The notes beneath the pieces were generated by a model that saw only the letters and a list, made by a program, of their open reading frames with translations, was not told where the DNA came from and ran no database searches. DNA of 64,000 nt. It comes from Rhynchobatus australiae (lineage: Eukaryota). Positions 14,303 to 28,030 of the stretch are shown here, one piece after another. The position numbers and the translations under genes were made by a program. The stretch is from assembly GCA_034780895.1 (NCBI GenBank), contig JAUZTB010000107.1, positions 95,258,402-95,322,401 on the forward strand, read 5' to 3'. Within the stretch, counting starts at the first letter, position 1. The number at the start of each line of letters is the position of its first letter.

Positions 14303-15170
14303 CAGAGAACCACAGAATGGTCGCAGCGCAGAAGGAGGTCATTCAGCCCATCGTATCTGCACTGGTTGTCTACCAGAGCAAATCTCTAGTTTCACTGACT
14401 GGTCCTGTCTCCATAGCCTTACAAGACTTTCTCCACCATGTATTGATCCAATCCCCTCTTGAGGACCACCATAGAACCTGCTTCCATCACATCTGCAGGC
14501 AAAGCATTCAAGATTCCAACCACTGCATAAAATAGTTTTTCCTCATGTCGCCCTTAATTCTCTTCCACTTTATTTTATATCTATGACCTCTTGTCCTTGA
14601 CCCCTCCATTAGAGAGAACAAACTCCTGGTAGCAACTCTGTCTAGACTCATGATATTATACATTTCTATCAGTCCCAACCTCATTAATCTGTCCTTGTAT
14701 CTGTTGCTCCCCTTTCCAGAGACCCTTCTCATAAATCTCTTCTGGACCCTCTCTAAAGTGTTCACATCCTTCCTACAATGTGGTGAACAGAATTGAACAA
14801 AATGCCCCGCGTGAGGCCGAACCAGTCCATTATAAAGGTTCAGTGCGACTTCCCTGTTCCTGCGTAAGTCGCACNNNNNNNNNNNNNNNNNNNNNNNNNN
14901 NNNNNNNNNNNNNNNNNNNNNNNNNNNNNNNNNNNNNNNNNNNNNNNNNNNNNNNNNNNNNNNNNNNNNNNNNNNNNNCACCATCTGTTCATGTCCTGCT
15001 GTAATCTAACGTTATCCTGTCTGCAGTTCACACTATTGCCAAGTTCTGTGCCATCCTCAAATTTAGAGGTTGTGGTTTGCAACCTCTATTCTAAACCAAA
15101 TGATTCTAACATTGATCCCTGGGGAATGCCTCCAGACTATAAATCAAAGTTTAACCACTACTTTCTGTTG
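14303..15170 (-). mobile_element. CR1 LINE fragment (spans a gap)
   Basis: LVRPH..VQFCSPH.RKDV..LERVQKRF; SKFEDGTELG (FADD-like). Confidence 0.8.
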
Positions 15171-16422
15171 ACGTAATCAACTTTGTTTCCTTATCCACTT
15201 TGACCTGATACCATGGGATTCAGTTAGGACTCCCAGGGCCACACCATTGCACTGTCACCTCTAGTGGGTCTGGTCTGCCAGTGAAAACAGGATACACCAA
15301 GGGCCTGAGATGAAAAAGTATGTGGCACTGGCTATGAGGTATAACAATGTAGGGTAGTTGTTTGACTGGTCTCTCCCAATTTTGACATCTCCAGGTGTTT
15401 GTTAGGAGGATTTTGCAGATTTTGCCTTTCCCATCTTCAAATTTGGTGCTTAGGTCAGGAATGGACGGACAGTGGATAAACTACTGGAACACTCACGCAG
15501 GAACCCAGGTTAAAGATAGGAGTTAAAACTGCACTTGGGGCATTTAATTTCAGGTAATTAAGTAATCTGAAATTTAATAGGTGATACCAGTAATTGTAAA
15601 CATGATACTAATGATCTGCCGTAAAACAACATAATTTTCACCAATGTCCTGCAGAGAAGGAAATCTGATATCATCATGCAGTCTATTTATGTATTACTCC
15701 ACATCCCATAGCAATATACTTGACTCTTTACTGCTCTCTGATATAGTACAGCAAGCCATTCATTTTTACCAGGGAGTATAATATTCTTCTAATGCTGTCA
15801 TCGTGCCTATTTTACAGTACATAGAATTGTCCAAAATATAAACACTGGGCATTGATTATTTGAGATTAAATGGTCCCTTATTCATACTCTTGCACTCACA
15901 AGTCTGAACTTTATTGCTTTTCAAATCACCTTCAGACAGGATAGATCCTTTGGTGAATTACAAAATAAAATGCCTAATTGTTTTCCTCCACAAGGGACTG
16001 TTATATAATTCGAGACAATAGGTTTTTGTGAATTTTTCATGGAACATTCCTCTAATATTTAAAGTAATTAATTTGTCTTGTACATTGAGTGTGATGACAG
16101 CACATACTTGTACTCAATGGTGCTTTAAGTGTTTCATACTGTACATGTTTTGCAATTTTGACTAAGTGATTGGTTTGAAGATTTTAAAATAACATACCTT
16201 ACTGTGAATTATGACATTTTTATTACTCAGTGCAATCAACAATATCTTCCTTCTCAGTGATAAAGGAAGTGAAATCCTTATTGATTAAAGTAGTTCGTGA
16301 GGAGTTATTACTTCTCCTTAATTCTTCTCTGAAACTGACCATATGAGTTTAAATTTAAGAACACCAACTGAAAATTTAGGTTAATTTTATATCACATACT
16401 TTGTGCCCTTTCTTCACTTTAG

Positions 16423-16762
16423 GGAAGAAAATGATGACCCTCGGAAACACTCTTTCTTCAGATCTATCAACTTCCAACGATTAGAAGCTGGACTTATTGA
16501 GCCTCCTTTTGTGCCAGACCCCAGCACAGTGTACTGTAAGGATCTTGGAGACATTGCTGATTTCTCTGAAGTCCAAGGTATTGACATTGTTGAGAACGAT
16601 AAGCAGTTTTACAAGAAATTTGCCACAGGGGCTGTCACCATCCCTTGGCAAGAAGAAATGATTGAATATGGCCTTTATGAAGAACTAAATGATCCCACCA
16701 GGAAACAATCAAAGGCAAATGGCAATGAAGAGGCCAAATCAGGTGTTTGTATAATTCTGTGA
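16423..16762 (+). CDS. GRK7: GRK7 coding exon 4 (AGC C-tail, CaaX box)
   Basis: Acceptor cactttag|G completes the phase-2 Arg codon; PPFVPDP..DFSEV..PWQEEMIE..KSGVCIIL-stop; joined CDS 1653 nt = 550 aa. Confidence 0.95.
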
Positions 16763-16969
16763 TGGGAAATCTATCCTTATTTTGCTGCAACCACACCCTC
16801 TGCAGATTGCCAGTAAGTGGAAATCAGAATTTGCTTCTCTCTCATACCGGGGGAATCTGCAATGGCTCCCAATCAGCATCACCAAAGGAAAAAGACATGC
16901 AGTGTAACTAAACATCCTGCATTATTCTGTGGAGAAATGGAAATATATAAAACCACAAATGTAGTTGAA

Positions 16970-17151
16970 AATAAAAACAAAAAAAATAATTTTTTACTCA
17001 ATAAAAACTATCTACTGTAGCAAACTGTCAAAATACTGAGAGTAAATGAAAAGAAGCACTTAATAGAGATGGTCATGTTCTGAAATACATTTTGTTCCAC
17101 TGGGCACCTACGTTGTCAATTTCAGTGATAGATAAATAAAACCAAAATAAA
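16970..17151 (+). terminator. Candidate GRK7 polyadenylation signals
   Basis: AATAAA at 16970, 17000, 17135 and 17146, downstream of the stop; which is used is unknown. Confidence 0.45.
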
Positions 17152-20100
17152 AGAAAAAGTTTATATATTTGAAATATGACTCAAAACAAAATAATTTGGA
17201 TATTTTTGGGTTTTGAATTTGGTTTAGTTCTCATTCTTCCCAGAGGTACAGGTAAGTTATACAGNNNNNNNNNNNNNNNNNNNNNNNNNNNNNNNNNNNN
17301 NNNNNNNNNNNNNNNNNNNNNNNNNNNNNNNNNNNNNNNNNNNNNNNNNNNNNNNNNNNNNNNNGGTACAGGTAAGTTATACAGGAATGTTCATAATTCC
17401 CTAGAATAATCTAACTCCTCTCTAATAGATATGGTGAAAGAAATTCACAAAATGAGAGCATTTTGGAACTAAGAGTCAAACTTGAGTCTTTAAGATAGAA
17501 ATCCAGAATTTCACCACAGTGCTGTCCAATGTCTGATCGACTGGACCGATGTGACTAATTGGGTATCTAGATGTAATAAATTACATTTATTGTAAATAAG
17601 AATTAATAGTAGACATAAAGTCATTGAGAATCCCGGTACTCAACCTCAAATACTCAATGCTGAATGAACAAACTTAGATAGTGTACGTATGAGCACTTTA
17701 AACCTTTTTAAGTGTTTATTGATAAGATGGTCAGACAAAAAGCAAAGTGGTTTTTGATTTTCATGAATGCTTTACTTTCTTTTTTTGCTGCATAATGATA
17801 GATGTTTGTACACTAAATGGATATATGTGTGTATATAAAGCTGTCTGCTGTATAAATAAGTGCATATGGTTAAAATAGTTTCAACATAGCCACATCTTCA
17901 ACAGTTTAACTGTTTCTTTTGGATACCATTGCTTTAGCATTGTCACAGCTAGAGGACAGAGTAATTTTAAAGTAAGTAACTCATATAATTACTCTGCTTT
18001 GAAGGATGTAAGGCAATTTGTATCATTCACACTAGGCAAACATTTCTAAAGTCAGGAGTGAATGGTACATTTACAGGAATGGAATCTGCATTTGCTTACC
18101 ATCTGACAAAATGCATCAATGTGCATTTCTGTCTGGGTGTGATTGGTTAATGGAGGGAAGAGAGAGTGTTTCACTTTAATATGGTGATTTTAAATGTTTA
18201 TTTCTAATTATTTAAATACCAGGAATGCTCAGATTACTAAAACCAAATAAAACTGGATGTTCTCAAAATAGTGAGAATTTAACCAGAGTGGAGGAATTTG
18301 GATATCGCTACTTCTGGAACCTGGTATATAACAATATTGAATTTTTAGACTGTTTTGTTTTAGATACTCACATTTATCATAATATTTGTGTCAAGGGCAT
18401 TGGGAAGATCATTTTAATTTCATACTATTAAAATCTGGACCATGGTCACTCCAAAAAGAATACTTTTTTCGGTGTTTTGGAAGAAGTGCAGAAGGAGTGA
18501 AGAACAAAAGCTGGCAGGTCTGATTGCATCTCACAGTTTCTACCACTTCAGATCATGGATATGTTCAGAAGAGGTATACTTACTCCAGTTTTTGAGGTTC
18601 ACCAGTGAAGCTTTGAAAGGTGTTTTGANNNNNNNNNNNNNNNNNNNNNNNNNNNNNNNNNCATCAGGAATTATTGAGGTCATCCTAACACAATATTAAC
18701 TTGGCTTAATCAGGCTGGTCTTCAGCAGTGTAAACCAATCGGTAGTGCACAGATGAAGCAACTAAATGATTCTCTGTATGTCCTGCTGACCAAGCAAACA
18801 AATTCAACAACTTCCCCATGGACATACAAAAAGAACATGAGAAGTGCAGGGCTTTCTTCCAACTGGCAGTATACTTTAAAATTCCAAACACATTATAGCA
18901 TTCAACTCTCTTCACAAACCACATTTTAAAACCACAAATACAATAAAATACAATGAGCACTGGAATCATTAGGGAAGAGTATTAGATGACCAGGAGCATT
19001 CAGAAGTGGTTTTGTGGACTGCCCGACCATACAATGGGTTCCCGAGGATGAGTATCTGCCTAGTGCAGCAACAGTTCCCTTTAATACCATGATTAAATAC
19101 CTTCAAATACAGAGACTGGAATTGCAATGAAACTATCAAGTTTTTCAATTCTTACAAATGTTAATACATTGTCCAACACTGCTTACAGAAAACCCTGGGA
19201 CCAGTTAAATGATAGGGCAACCAAATGTTTATAAACATAAAATGTACCACAATGTACCCTGAATCCCAAATACACTGCTTCTAATACTATATGGTTTAAA
19301 GCTTTAGATCANNNNNNNNNNNNNNNNNNNNNNNAGCCAGCTGTTTTGTGTTGACGACGGTTACTTGCTTTGCATTCTGCTTCCATGTACTGAGTTCATT
19401 ACATGTCCAGGTACTGTATCCAACATTTCCACAGGAGCTCGGGTAATCTGACCCTTCCTAACATATCTAAAGTTATTACAATGGGTTAATGAGAGCTCCC
19501 AACTGGGCTGCCATCCTAAACAAACAACTCATGTCCATTTCAGCATCTTCCTACAACTCATTATCAACTTATTCACTGATTAATATTCTAGCACTAACAT
19601 GATCAGTAAAACCCTGCCTTATGGTTCTGTCTTATTTTATTCCTGTTATAACCCAAGGATTAATGCACAATATCACTTAAGACTTCTACGAAAATCATCC
19701 AAACATTCAGTAGATATTCGTCATAGCACCTTCATAATGGAACTGCACTGTGATCACCCAGCGATTGCCTGATACTCAATATTCAACGTGTTCCTGCGAT
19801 TCTATGGGATTGCTACATGAGTATTGATTGTAGTCTTCTCCCCACTTGTTCTTATCTGTTAAAGGTATTATGCATTCCCNNNNNNNNNNNNTTACTTTAA
19901 GTATTTACAAAGCCCTATTTACAATTTCAATAGGATTTCTTTTCATTATTGCTGTTACTGAGCTAATATGTGTTGAAAATAATGTAAATACAAACTTAAA
20001 AATTGTGTAAATTATATGATGTTTGATAATGAAGAATGCTCAATATTCATATTACGAAAAAAGTCTCCAATACTAAGTACAAACTAAGCATTTGCCTTTG

Positions 20101-22319
20101 GAAGTAGTCAATGACTTTGAAATCTGTATGCTACTTTTAAAAATATTGCAAATTATAGTTAAAAGCTTAAATAAATATTAGTTCATTATCTGCCAAATAT
20201 ATTGGTTGTTTCATTAAATGTCAAAGTATTATGAATTATCATTTTCCCACAAGTGGTAAATTCTTGTATTTCTGAGCTTTATAACACCCCACTTTAAAAG
20301 AATGATCACAGAGGCAGCCTTCACTCCTCAGAACTACAGCAGAAAAGCAAATCATTCTCATTTCCAAGGGATTATTTAAGAAAAGGTTCAGTTGCAGGTG
20401 ACAGTACCTTTGATAGCCAACCTTACAATCAATTTATTTCTTGTTAAAAATGAAAGCAATTATTATATAAGATAAAAGGTGGGAGGAGCAGAAGGATTTG
20501 GGAGTTCAGGATCATAAGACACTGGAAAAGACCACTACAGTTAATGGAAAATGATAGCGAATAGACTCGCATTTGCAAGTGCCTTCTGTAGCCTCAGAGT
20601 ATCCCAAAACATTTTATAGCCAATAAAGAACATTGATTTGTAGTCATTATTGTGAGGTTGGAGAGTACGGAATATAAAAGATTAGATCTAACAGGGAATC
20701 CACATAAAAAATTAGTAGGACCACTGGTGGAACAACATACATTTATATACTCCCTTTCATAACTACAGTACTTTACAGCTAATAGATTTTAAGTATGGTT
20801 ATGGTTTGAATATAGGAAATACAATCTGTGCAAAGCAATGTCCTACAAACAGGAATTAAATAAATGTCCAGTTCATGTGTTTTAGGTATTGGCTGATTGG
20901 TTTAGTGGCAGGATTCAGCCTTCTGTGGGGCAATTTTTCACAGTAAATATCTGTGAAAGCATAGTAATCGTCTGTATTATGAGACCTTGTTAGGATGAGA
21001 GACATTTGCCCATTTTCCCTTACTGTTCTGCACATTCTGAAAGATGGATAAAATTATTAAGATAAAATGCTGGAAATACTTTAAAATGACAGGAAGCATC
21101 TGTGAAGAGAAATAGAGAGTTAACATTGCAGGGTGATAATCTTTCACCAGAAATGAGAAAAGAGGTGTATTTTACTTTTGGATTATTGAGACACAGCAAT
21201 CTTCACCTCTGACAAATCATTCTTAGGGAATGATACAAAGTCAGCTCTCCATGTCCGTCAGCTGCTTAGAGTGCTAATCTTATTCCTGCTGTAAATGTTT
21301 CCACAAGTTGCTGTTTTACCTTATCGTTCAAGGGTCAGTGAGGATTTGCTGCAACCATTGTATTGGTTGACAGGCCCTATGTGGTGGTGACAAATATAAT
21401 CATTCTGTTAGAGCACAATATTAAGCTTGGACACAGTGTCTTGAATAATGCCCGATTCATTTCATTCTAGCAATGAATGTTAGCATCACACAGTCCGTTG
21501 CTTCCCCAACACAGATTACTTCAAGAAGGAATTTTTTATATCCTGATTCAAACATTCAAGCAACATATCCAAATGTAAATCTCTGGAATTCATCAACCTG
21601 CATTTACAATTCCACTCCTTTTTTTGACCTTCAAAGCTGAGAGTGGCAAGTGTCACATAATGAAAATGTCTGCTGCTGCTTGCTGGTGTGATGCTTTTGC
21701 TCTTTGCTATGTGTCACGTAGTCAGTCTAAATAATGCAGATTCATTTGTAAAGATGTGCACAAAAGTTTTTTTAAATCACATTGACAATTCATATTTACA
21801 GAAATTCATTTACTACACATTGCCTGATAATCTTCAGTAGCCATTGCTTGACATTCAACACAATCATTCATGTACACATAGACACCATATAGTTAACAAA
21901 GACCTTACCAGATGCAGTGGCAGTGCTGTTCAGATCAGCCAAAGCAACACTCTCCAGATCTTCCATGCTCAACTGGGCTACTACAGCATATAGTCCACTT
22001 TACTGGAATGGTAATCCAGGAGACTGAACTAATTATCCAGTGAATGTGAGTATCAATCTCACCATAGCAATTTGAGTATTTGAATTGAATTTTTAAATAT
22101 GTGGGAAAAAACTGGGATTTCGAGGTCATTAAAAATACAGCTGATATACTGATGTTCATGAAGGAAGAAAAGGTGGCACACAGATGGGTCAGTGTGTGAG
22201 TACAATGTGACATCAATATGCTACCTATCCATAGGTGTCGTAGCAAGACCCCTTCCTTCCATCCCCCAATACCTCCCGTAGGGAATGGGCAATGTTCACC
22301 AGACTTATTGGCAGCCGCA

Positions 22320-23240
22320 ATAACAACTGCATTTATATGGTGCCTATAATGCAACAAGGTATATAAAGCTCATCATGAAATTCAAAACAAACCCATGCAA
22401 GCAGAAATATGGGAAGATGGCCAAAAGCTTAGTGAAGGAGGTTGGTTTTAAGGAATATCTTTAAAGGGAGATATGAAGAGGGAGGAGGAAATTCCAGAGC
22501 TTAAGGCCCTGCTGCCAATGCAATTAAATTCAGCAATGATCATGAGAGTTCCATTCTGGGATATGTCAACGGCTGGATTGCAAATATCTCTGAGAATTAT
22601 GGAACTGGAGGCGATTACAGAGAAAGAGAGGAGAGCAGCCATGGAGTGACTTGAAAATATGAGTGCAAACTTTAAAATAGGAAGTGCTGCTCACAGGGAG
22701 CAGCTGTAGGTCAGCAAATGCAGGATGATGCATGAACAGGACTTGGTACAAATTAGGATGTGGGCAACAGAATTGTAGATGATCTCAAGAAGGACAAAGG
22801 AGTCCCCAGGGCTGTATTGAAAGAGTTATGTTGATGGGGTTGGGGGGGGGTGTGGTCACAAAAACATAGGTGAAGGTTCATTAGCAGAACACTTGGACAG
22901 AAACGATTAGCCAATGATACAGAAGCAGAAACACAGTCTTAGTGATGGTGCAAAACTGTGGTCTGAATCGCAGCTTGGAGTCCAACGTGGCACCAAGATT
23001 ATGAGTGGCCTGTGACAATTTCAGAGTGATACCAGGGCGAAGGATGAAGGGAGTGTAATAAGGGATGGGATTTGTGATGGGGACCAAAGAAAATTGTATT
23101 GGCCTCCCTAATACGGAGTTGGATCAAATTTCTGCTCATCCAATACTGAGCATCAGACAAGATCTCTGACAATTTAGAGGGATAGTGATGAGACGGGGCA
23201 AGGTATCGTGTGAAAACTGATATTGTTTACAGATGATACT
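22320..23240 (-). mobile_element. Old L2-like LINE fragment
   Basis: Minus-strand THNLGATLDSKLRF.P...ITKT (RT C-terminal remnant); homologous to 2003-2965 and 8155-9100. Confidence 0.6.
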
Positions 23241-25682
23241 ATTACAGATACAAAAATGCGATATTATTATAGATAGAGAAAGGAATGACTCCATTCAAAA
23301 TTTTTTTAAACATTGCTATGGTTGATTTAAGTTCACTTCCAGGTCGTCTGCACACTTTTCCTTTCTATTTGCTGATGCTATGACACGCCATAGTTTCCAG
23401 TTGTCAGATTAGGGAAGAATGCAGCCACTTCCAATTATGGAGCATTCATGGATATCAGCTATTTATATTGGTACAACTTTGTATCCCTAGATAGGCACAG
23501 TACATTCCCCTGACTGCTCCCTCTGATGTGACTGGCTGATGTACACAGCCTAGTTCAGATGAATGGCAATAAAGAGCCCACTTTGTAATCCCTTGTGTTT
23601 CTCTACTTTGTTACTAAAGTTAAAGAAGCTCCATGATTTCAGGAATTCATGCAATTTACTATTGCTCAGAATGTTTAAAATGATGATCCCATTAAACATG
23701 CTGCATTAAAAATGCTGCATGTGTACCTATATGTGGCAAGATTTTTGACTAAAAGGGACATGGAATTTTTAAGAATGTCATAAAATGTTGATTACCTTTG
23801 CAAAAGTAGTTTGGAAAGTTTCTGAAATATGCTGCTAATACAAGGAACATCATGCTGGGTAGAAAAATGCCTACCTTGNNNNNNNNNNNNNNNNNNNNNN
23901 NNNNNNNNNNNNNNNNNNNNNNNNNNNNNNNNNNNNNNNNNNNNNNNNNNNNNNNNNNNNNNNNNNNNNNNNNNNNNNNNNNNNNNNNNNNNNNNNNNNN
24001 NNNNNNNNNNNNNNNNNNNNNNNNNNNNNNNNNNNNNNNNNNNNNNNNNNNNNNNNNNNNNNNNNNNNNNNNNNNNNNNNNNNNNNNNNNNNNNNNNNNN
24101 NNNNNNNNNNNNNNNNNNNNNNNNNNNNNNNNNNNNNNNNNNNNNNNNNNNNNNNNNNNNNNNNNNNNNNGAAACAGTCAGTATTAACATGGCCCACTCC
24201 CATTACTATAACAATTTTATCATTCTGTTCTTATTTCCTTCCTTTTGAGGAAGCAAATCTGTCAATGCCAGCAAAGTCTTTGCACACTCTGATGCCGATG
24301 CCTTCCTCTTCTATCCACTACCGTCATTTTGGTCAGCACCATGTCACCTTCTCATCCCAAATTGGATATGTCACATGGTGCTGTCTCCAAGGCTGGTAAA
24401 CATTTCCCCAGTATTGCCTCATATCCTAGAGTCAATAATCTGATGTGTAGGGTGAATGATTTTTTAATTTATATAATTTGATCTTAATCATCACAGATGA
24501 ATGCAACAAATCACAAAGAAAATGCAATACAAGATTTGTGATATTGTTTTCATCCTTGGTGACCAATACTAACTGAAGGCAGAAGTGGACCTTCCCTTTC
24601 TAATTCTTTTAAGCTGAAGAGACTCGAGGACTTGGAAAAACACTGTGTGGGTTGGTGACTCAAGCCAAATTTGACAGTTTATCTAATTCTAATGCAACCA
24701 GAGGCATCAAAGGCAAACACTGTATCATCAATGGAAAGAAAATGCCTTCGATTGATAAATTAAAAAGTGACAACAGTGACTACACTGCAACATTAGTTGC
24801 AAAGTGCTTGGGGATATCTTGAAAGCAGTATGAAAGTTACTGTTAGTACATCTTTTCTTAAAATGAAGAAAATACACTAAAGGTAAAGAAAATATGCTAA
24901 ACAGCGCACTGTATTTCATATAAAAAAAGCTAAATTCGCTGGTTGGATGAGCAATGCCTGCCACAATTCCCTGCCTACTTGAAATGATGTAACCTTTTAT
25001 GTACATTGTAATAAGCAAACAGATGCTTTGTTTAAATCTTATCTCAATAATTAGTCTTGCAACTATACCGCACTCACTTGGTACTCTGCTGAAGTTTCAG
25101 TCTAATACTAACAATTACCTATGTAATTAATTTCCTGCGATGGGCGAGGCAGGGTCCTGGCTAAGGTAGAAGAGAGAATCAGTTAGAAAAATAGGTTTAA
25201 TTTGATGCCTGTAATTAGAGAAGAAGGGATGCCACATAAACAGATTTCTTCAAAATGGGGCACAGGAAAGAAGTTCAGGAACCCCTAATTTAATGGGACT
25301 GACTCTCAATCTTCCAGCTGAAAGGCTAAACTGCATCCATTTATCTAAATTTACATACTAGTAGGTTAAAAATAGAGTGAACAGCCATATATACATGGAT
25401 GACATCCACCTTTATATCATAATCTCTAGTGTTGCTCTTTCTAATGACCCATTATTAACACATAAATAATTTTTAACTTTTAATTTAATGTTTTAAATGT
25501 AATAAAATAAAAAAAAGCTTTGGAATAGTCTTCAACTTACATTTAAATTCTTCTTGATATCTAATCAACTGCCAAAAATTGCTCTACTTCAAGTTAAAAA
25601 AAAGTGCTCACCATTTTTCAGAGACGCAAGAAATTCTGCAGATGCTGTACTGCTCGCCATTTTGCTCTGCTTCTTTTACTGG

Positions 25683-26253
25683 GGTGGTAGAGCTGGTAGA
25701 GCTGCTGTGGCGACATGGGTTCAACCTCAACCTCCAATGCTGTCTGTGTGGAGCCTGCACATTCTCCCTTTGACCCCATGGGCTTCCTCTGAGTGCTTCA
25801 GTTTACTTCCACATCCAAAAATCCGTGAGTTGGTAGGTTCATTGCCCATAGTGTGTAGGTGAGTGTTAGAATCTGGGGGGAGTGCCCATAGTACAGGAGT
25901 GAGTGTCAGAATCTCGGGGGAGTGCCCACAGTATGTAAGTGAGTGTCAGAATCTAGGGGGAATGCCCATAGTGTGTAGGTGAGTGNNNNNNNNNNNNNNN
26001 NNNNNNNNNNNNNNNNNNNNNNNNNNNNNNNNNNNNNNNNNNNNNNNNNNNNNNNNNNNNNNNNNNNNNNNNNNNNNNNNNNNNNTAGGGGGAATGCCCA
26101 TAGTGTGTAGGTGAGTGTTAGAATCTGGGGGGAGTTCCCATAGTGTGTAGATGAGTGTTAGAATGGTGGGAATGTGGGGAGAATAAAATGGGTTAGTGTA
26201 GGATTAATGTAAATAGATGCTTGATGGGCATTTCCATGCTCTCTATGACTCTG
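25683..26253 (+). mobile_element. V-SINE (HE1-like) with an internal tandem expansion
   Basis: Head with gggttcaacct B-box-like motif, V-domain tgtggagcctgcacattctccc, tail ctctatgactct. Confidence 0.7.
25845..26163 (+). repeat. 40-bp minisatellite
   Basis: Unit cccatagtgtgtaggtgagtgttagaatctggggggagtg starts at 25845, 25885, 25925, 25965, (gap), 26097, 26137. Confidence 0.92.
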
Positions 26254-26790
26254 TCAGCAAAACTCAAACACATATCCATTTATACTTAATTTATTACTGT
26301 GGCTCTTTACTCTCTTTTTCTACCCTTCAGCAATCACTAACTACAATTTATCCAGAAGTTGGCAATGTCAACTCTTGCATTCCTTCTGAAGCCCTGTTAC
26401 CCACCCCAAGCCCAACAGGTCCCAGCCATGTGTTGAGGTCAGGGTGATAGTCAAACATTGAGGTTCAGGTTGGTGAGGTCAGGCTGTGTCCCACTGGCCA
26501 GACCATCATCCATTCAGCTCAGGACCTAGCATCACTGTATATGAACCACACCCCTAAGGCTGCTACAATCACAGCAACGATAAGTTCAGGAATGGAAAAA
26601 GCTACGAGTATTTGCCCCTGCTGGTCTCCATCGTATACCCAATCTAACTTCTAATTCCCCCTTAACTATTCATACTAAGCTTGATGGCTTCCTATGCTCT
26701 AAGAGAGATCAATTATAAAATTAGAAACAATAAACCGGAAATTCTAAAAATACTTAAGTGATCTGGCAAAACTATGAGGAAAGAGAAACA

Positions 26791-26962
26791 AAGTTAAAGT
26801 CAAAGTCGAGTTTATTGTCATATGCACGTACATGTGTTCACAGGTACAATAAAAAACTTACTTGCAGCAGCATCACAGGCACATCACATCACATAAAGCA
26901 GCATTCACAAGAAATACATAAATTATACATGATTTTTACAAGAAAACACAATTAGAACAAAA
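26791..26962 (-). mobile_element. Dispersed LINE 3'-end repeat (Rex1-like)
   Basis: aaagtcgagtttattgtcatatgcac..cttacttgcagcagcatcacaggcac; near-identical copy at 40323-40500, partial copy at 49013-49120. Confidence 0.65.
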
Positions 26963-26994
26963 TCGTTCATCTTAACTGGGAAAAGCTTGAAACA

Positions 26995-28030
26995 AAACAT
27001 GTTTAAAATTGGTTAACAGACAAAAAGCAGAGAGTAGAAATAAATGTTTCATTATTTTCAGATTGGAAGAGTGTGACCAGTGGGGTGCAACAGAGATTCA
27101 TGCCAAAGCACCAGCTGATCACAATTTATATCAATGATCTGAATGAAGGGGTGGGTGTGTGCAAGGATGATATATTCAAGTTTGCTGATGATACAAAACT
27201 ATGCAACAGTGTGGCTTTGAGAATATTACAGAGTGGTTTGGGGAGTGGAGATGCAGGTAGGTAAATGAATGGACAGATTGAACAAAATGTGGAAAACTGT
27301 AAAACACTTTAGTAGAAAATATTTCTTTTAAAGGGTGTGAGATTGAAAGCTGTTAAAATTCCGGATTTGGGAGTTCTTGTAGATGAAACGGTGCAAGTTA
27401 ATGTGCAGGTTCTTCAAGCAAGTGTCAAATGCTCTGTTGGCATTTATTGCAAAAGGATTTGAGTATTAAAGCAGAGATATTTTGTGCCAACTACAGTGGC
27501 ACCTAGTGAGACCCCATCTGGAATATTGTGCACGGATCTTGTCTCCCTACCCAAGGAAGGATATCCTTACAGTGGAAGGAGTACAACAAAGGTTCACCAG
27601 ATTGACTCCTAAGGTGGCAGGTTTGTCATATAAGGAGAGAATAAGCATTCTGGGCACATGCTCTCTTGAGTTTAGGAAAGGTGATCACAATAAAACATAA
27701 AATTCATACGTCTTGGCAGGGAGATGCAGAACTGGTGTTTCCCCTTGCCAGGGTAGCCAGAACTCAGGGTCACAACCTCAAGAAAGGGAATTGGCTTTTC
27801 TGGACAAAAATGAGAATAGCTTTCTTCGCCTTCAGAATTATCTGCATGAGAGAATTGTGGAGGCTCGGTCACAGAGTATATTCAAAACAGAGATCGACAG
27901 ATGTTGAGGGAATCAGGAGATATGCAGGAAAGTGGTGCTGAAGTGAAAGATCAGCCAGAATTTTACTGAATGACGAAGCAAGATAAGGGCCTATAAGTTC
28001 TCCTCCTGCTCTTATTTCTTATGTTCTTCT
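26995..28030 (+). mobile_element. CR1 LINE RT/3' fragment
   Basis: VTSGVQQ..IYINDL..KFADDTKL; LVRPHLEYC..EGVQQRFTRL; CR1 tail. Confidence 0.88.

Noticed and set aside
20413-20517. IANL..GGAEGFGSSG-stop, resembling dUTPase motifs IV-V (IAQL..RGxGGFGSTG) with similar spacing
   Set aside because: In-frame stop, catalytic Arg and Gln missing, no motifs I-III and no retroviral context; would need a significant tBLASTn/HMM hit to revive
25845-26163. Regular 40-bp repeats as a CRISPR-like array
   Set aside because: Units are head-to-tail with no unique spacers, lie within a SINE, and no cas-like ORFs are present in this vertebrate DNA
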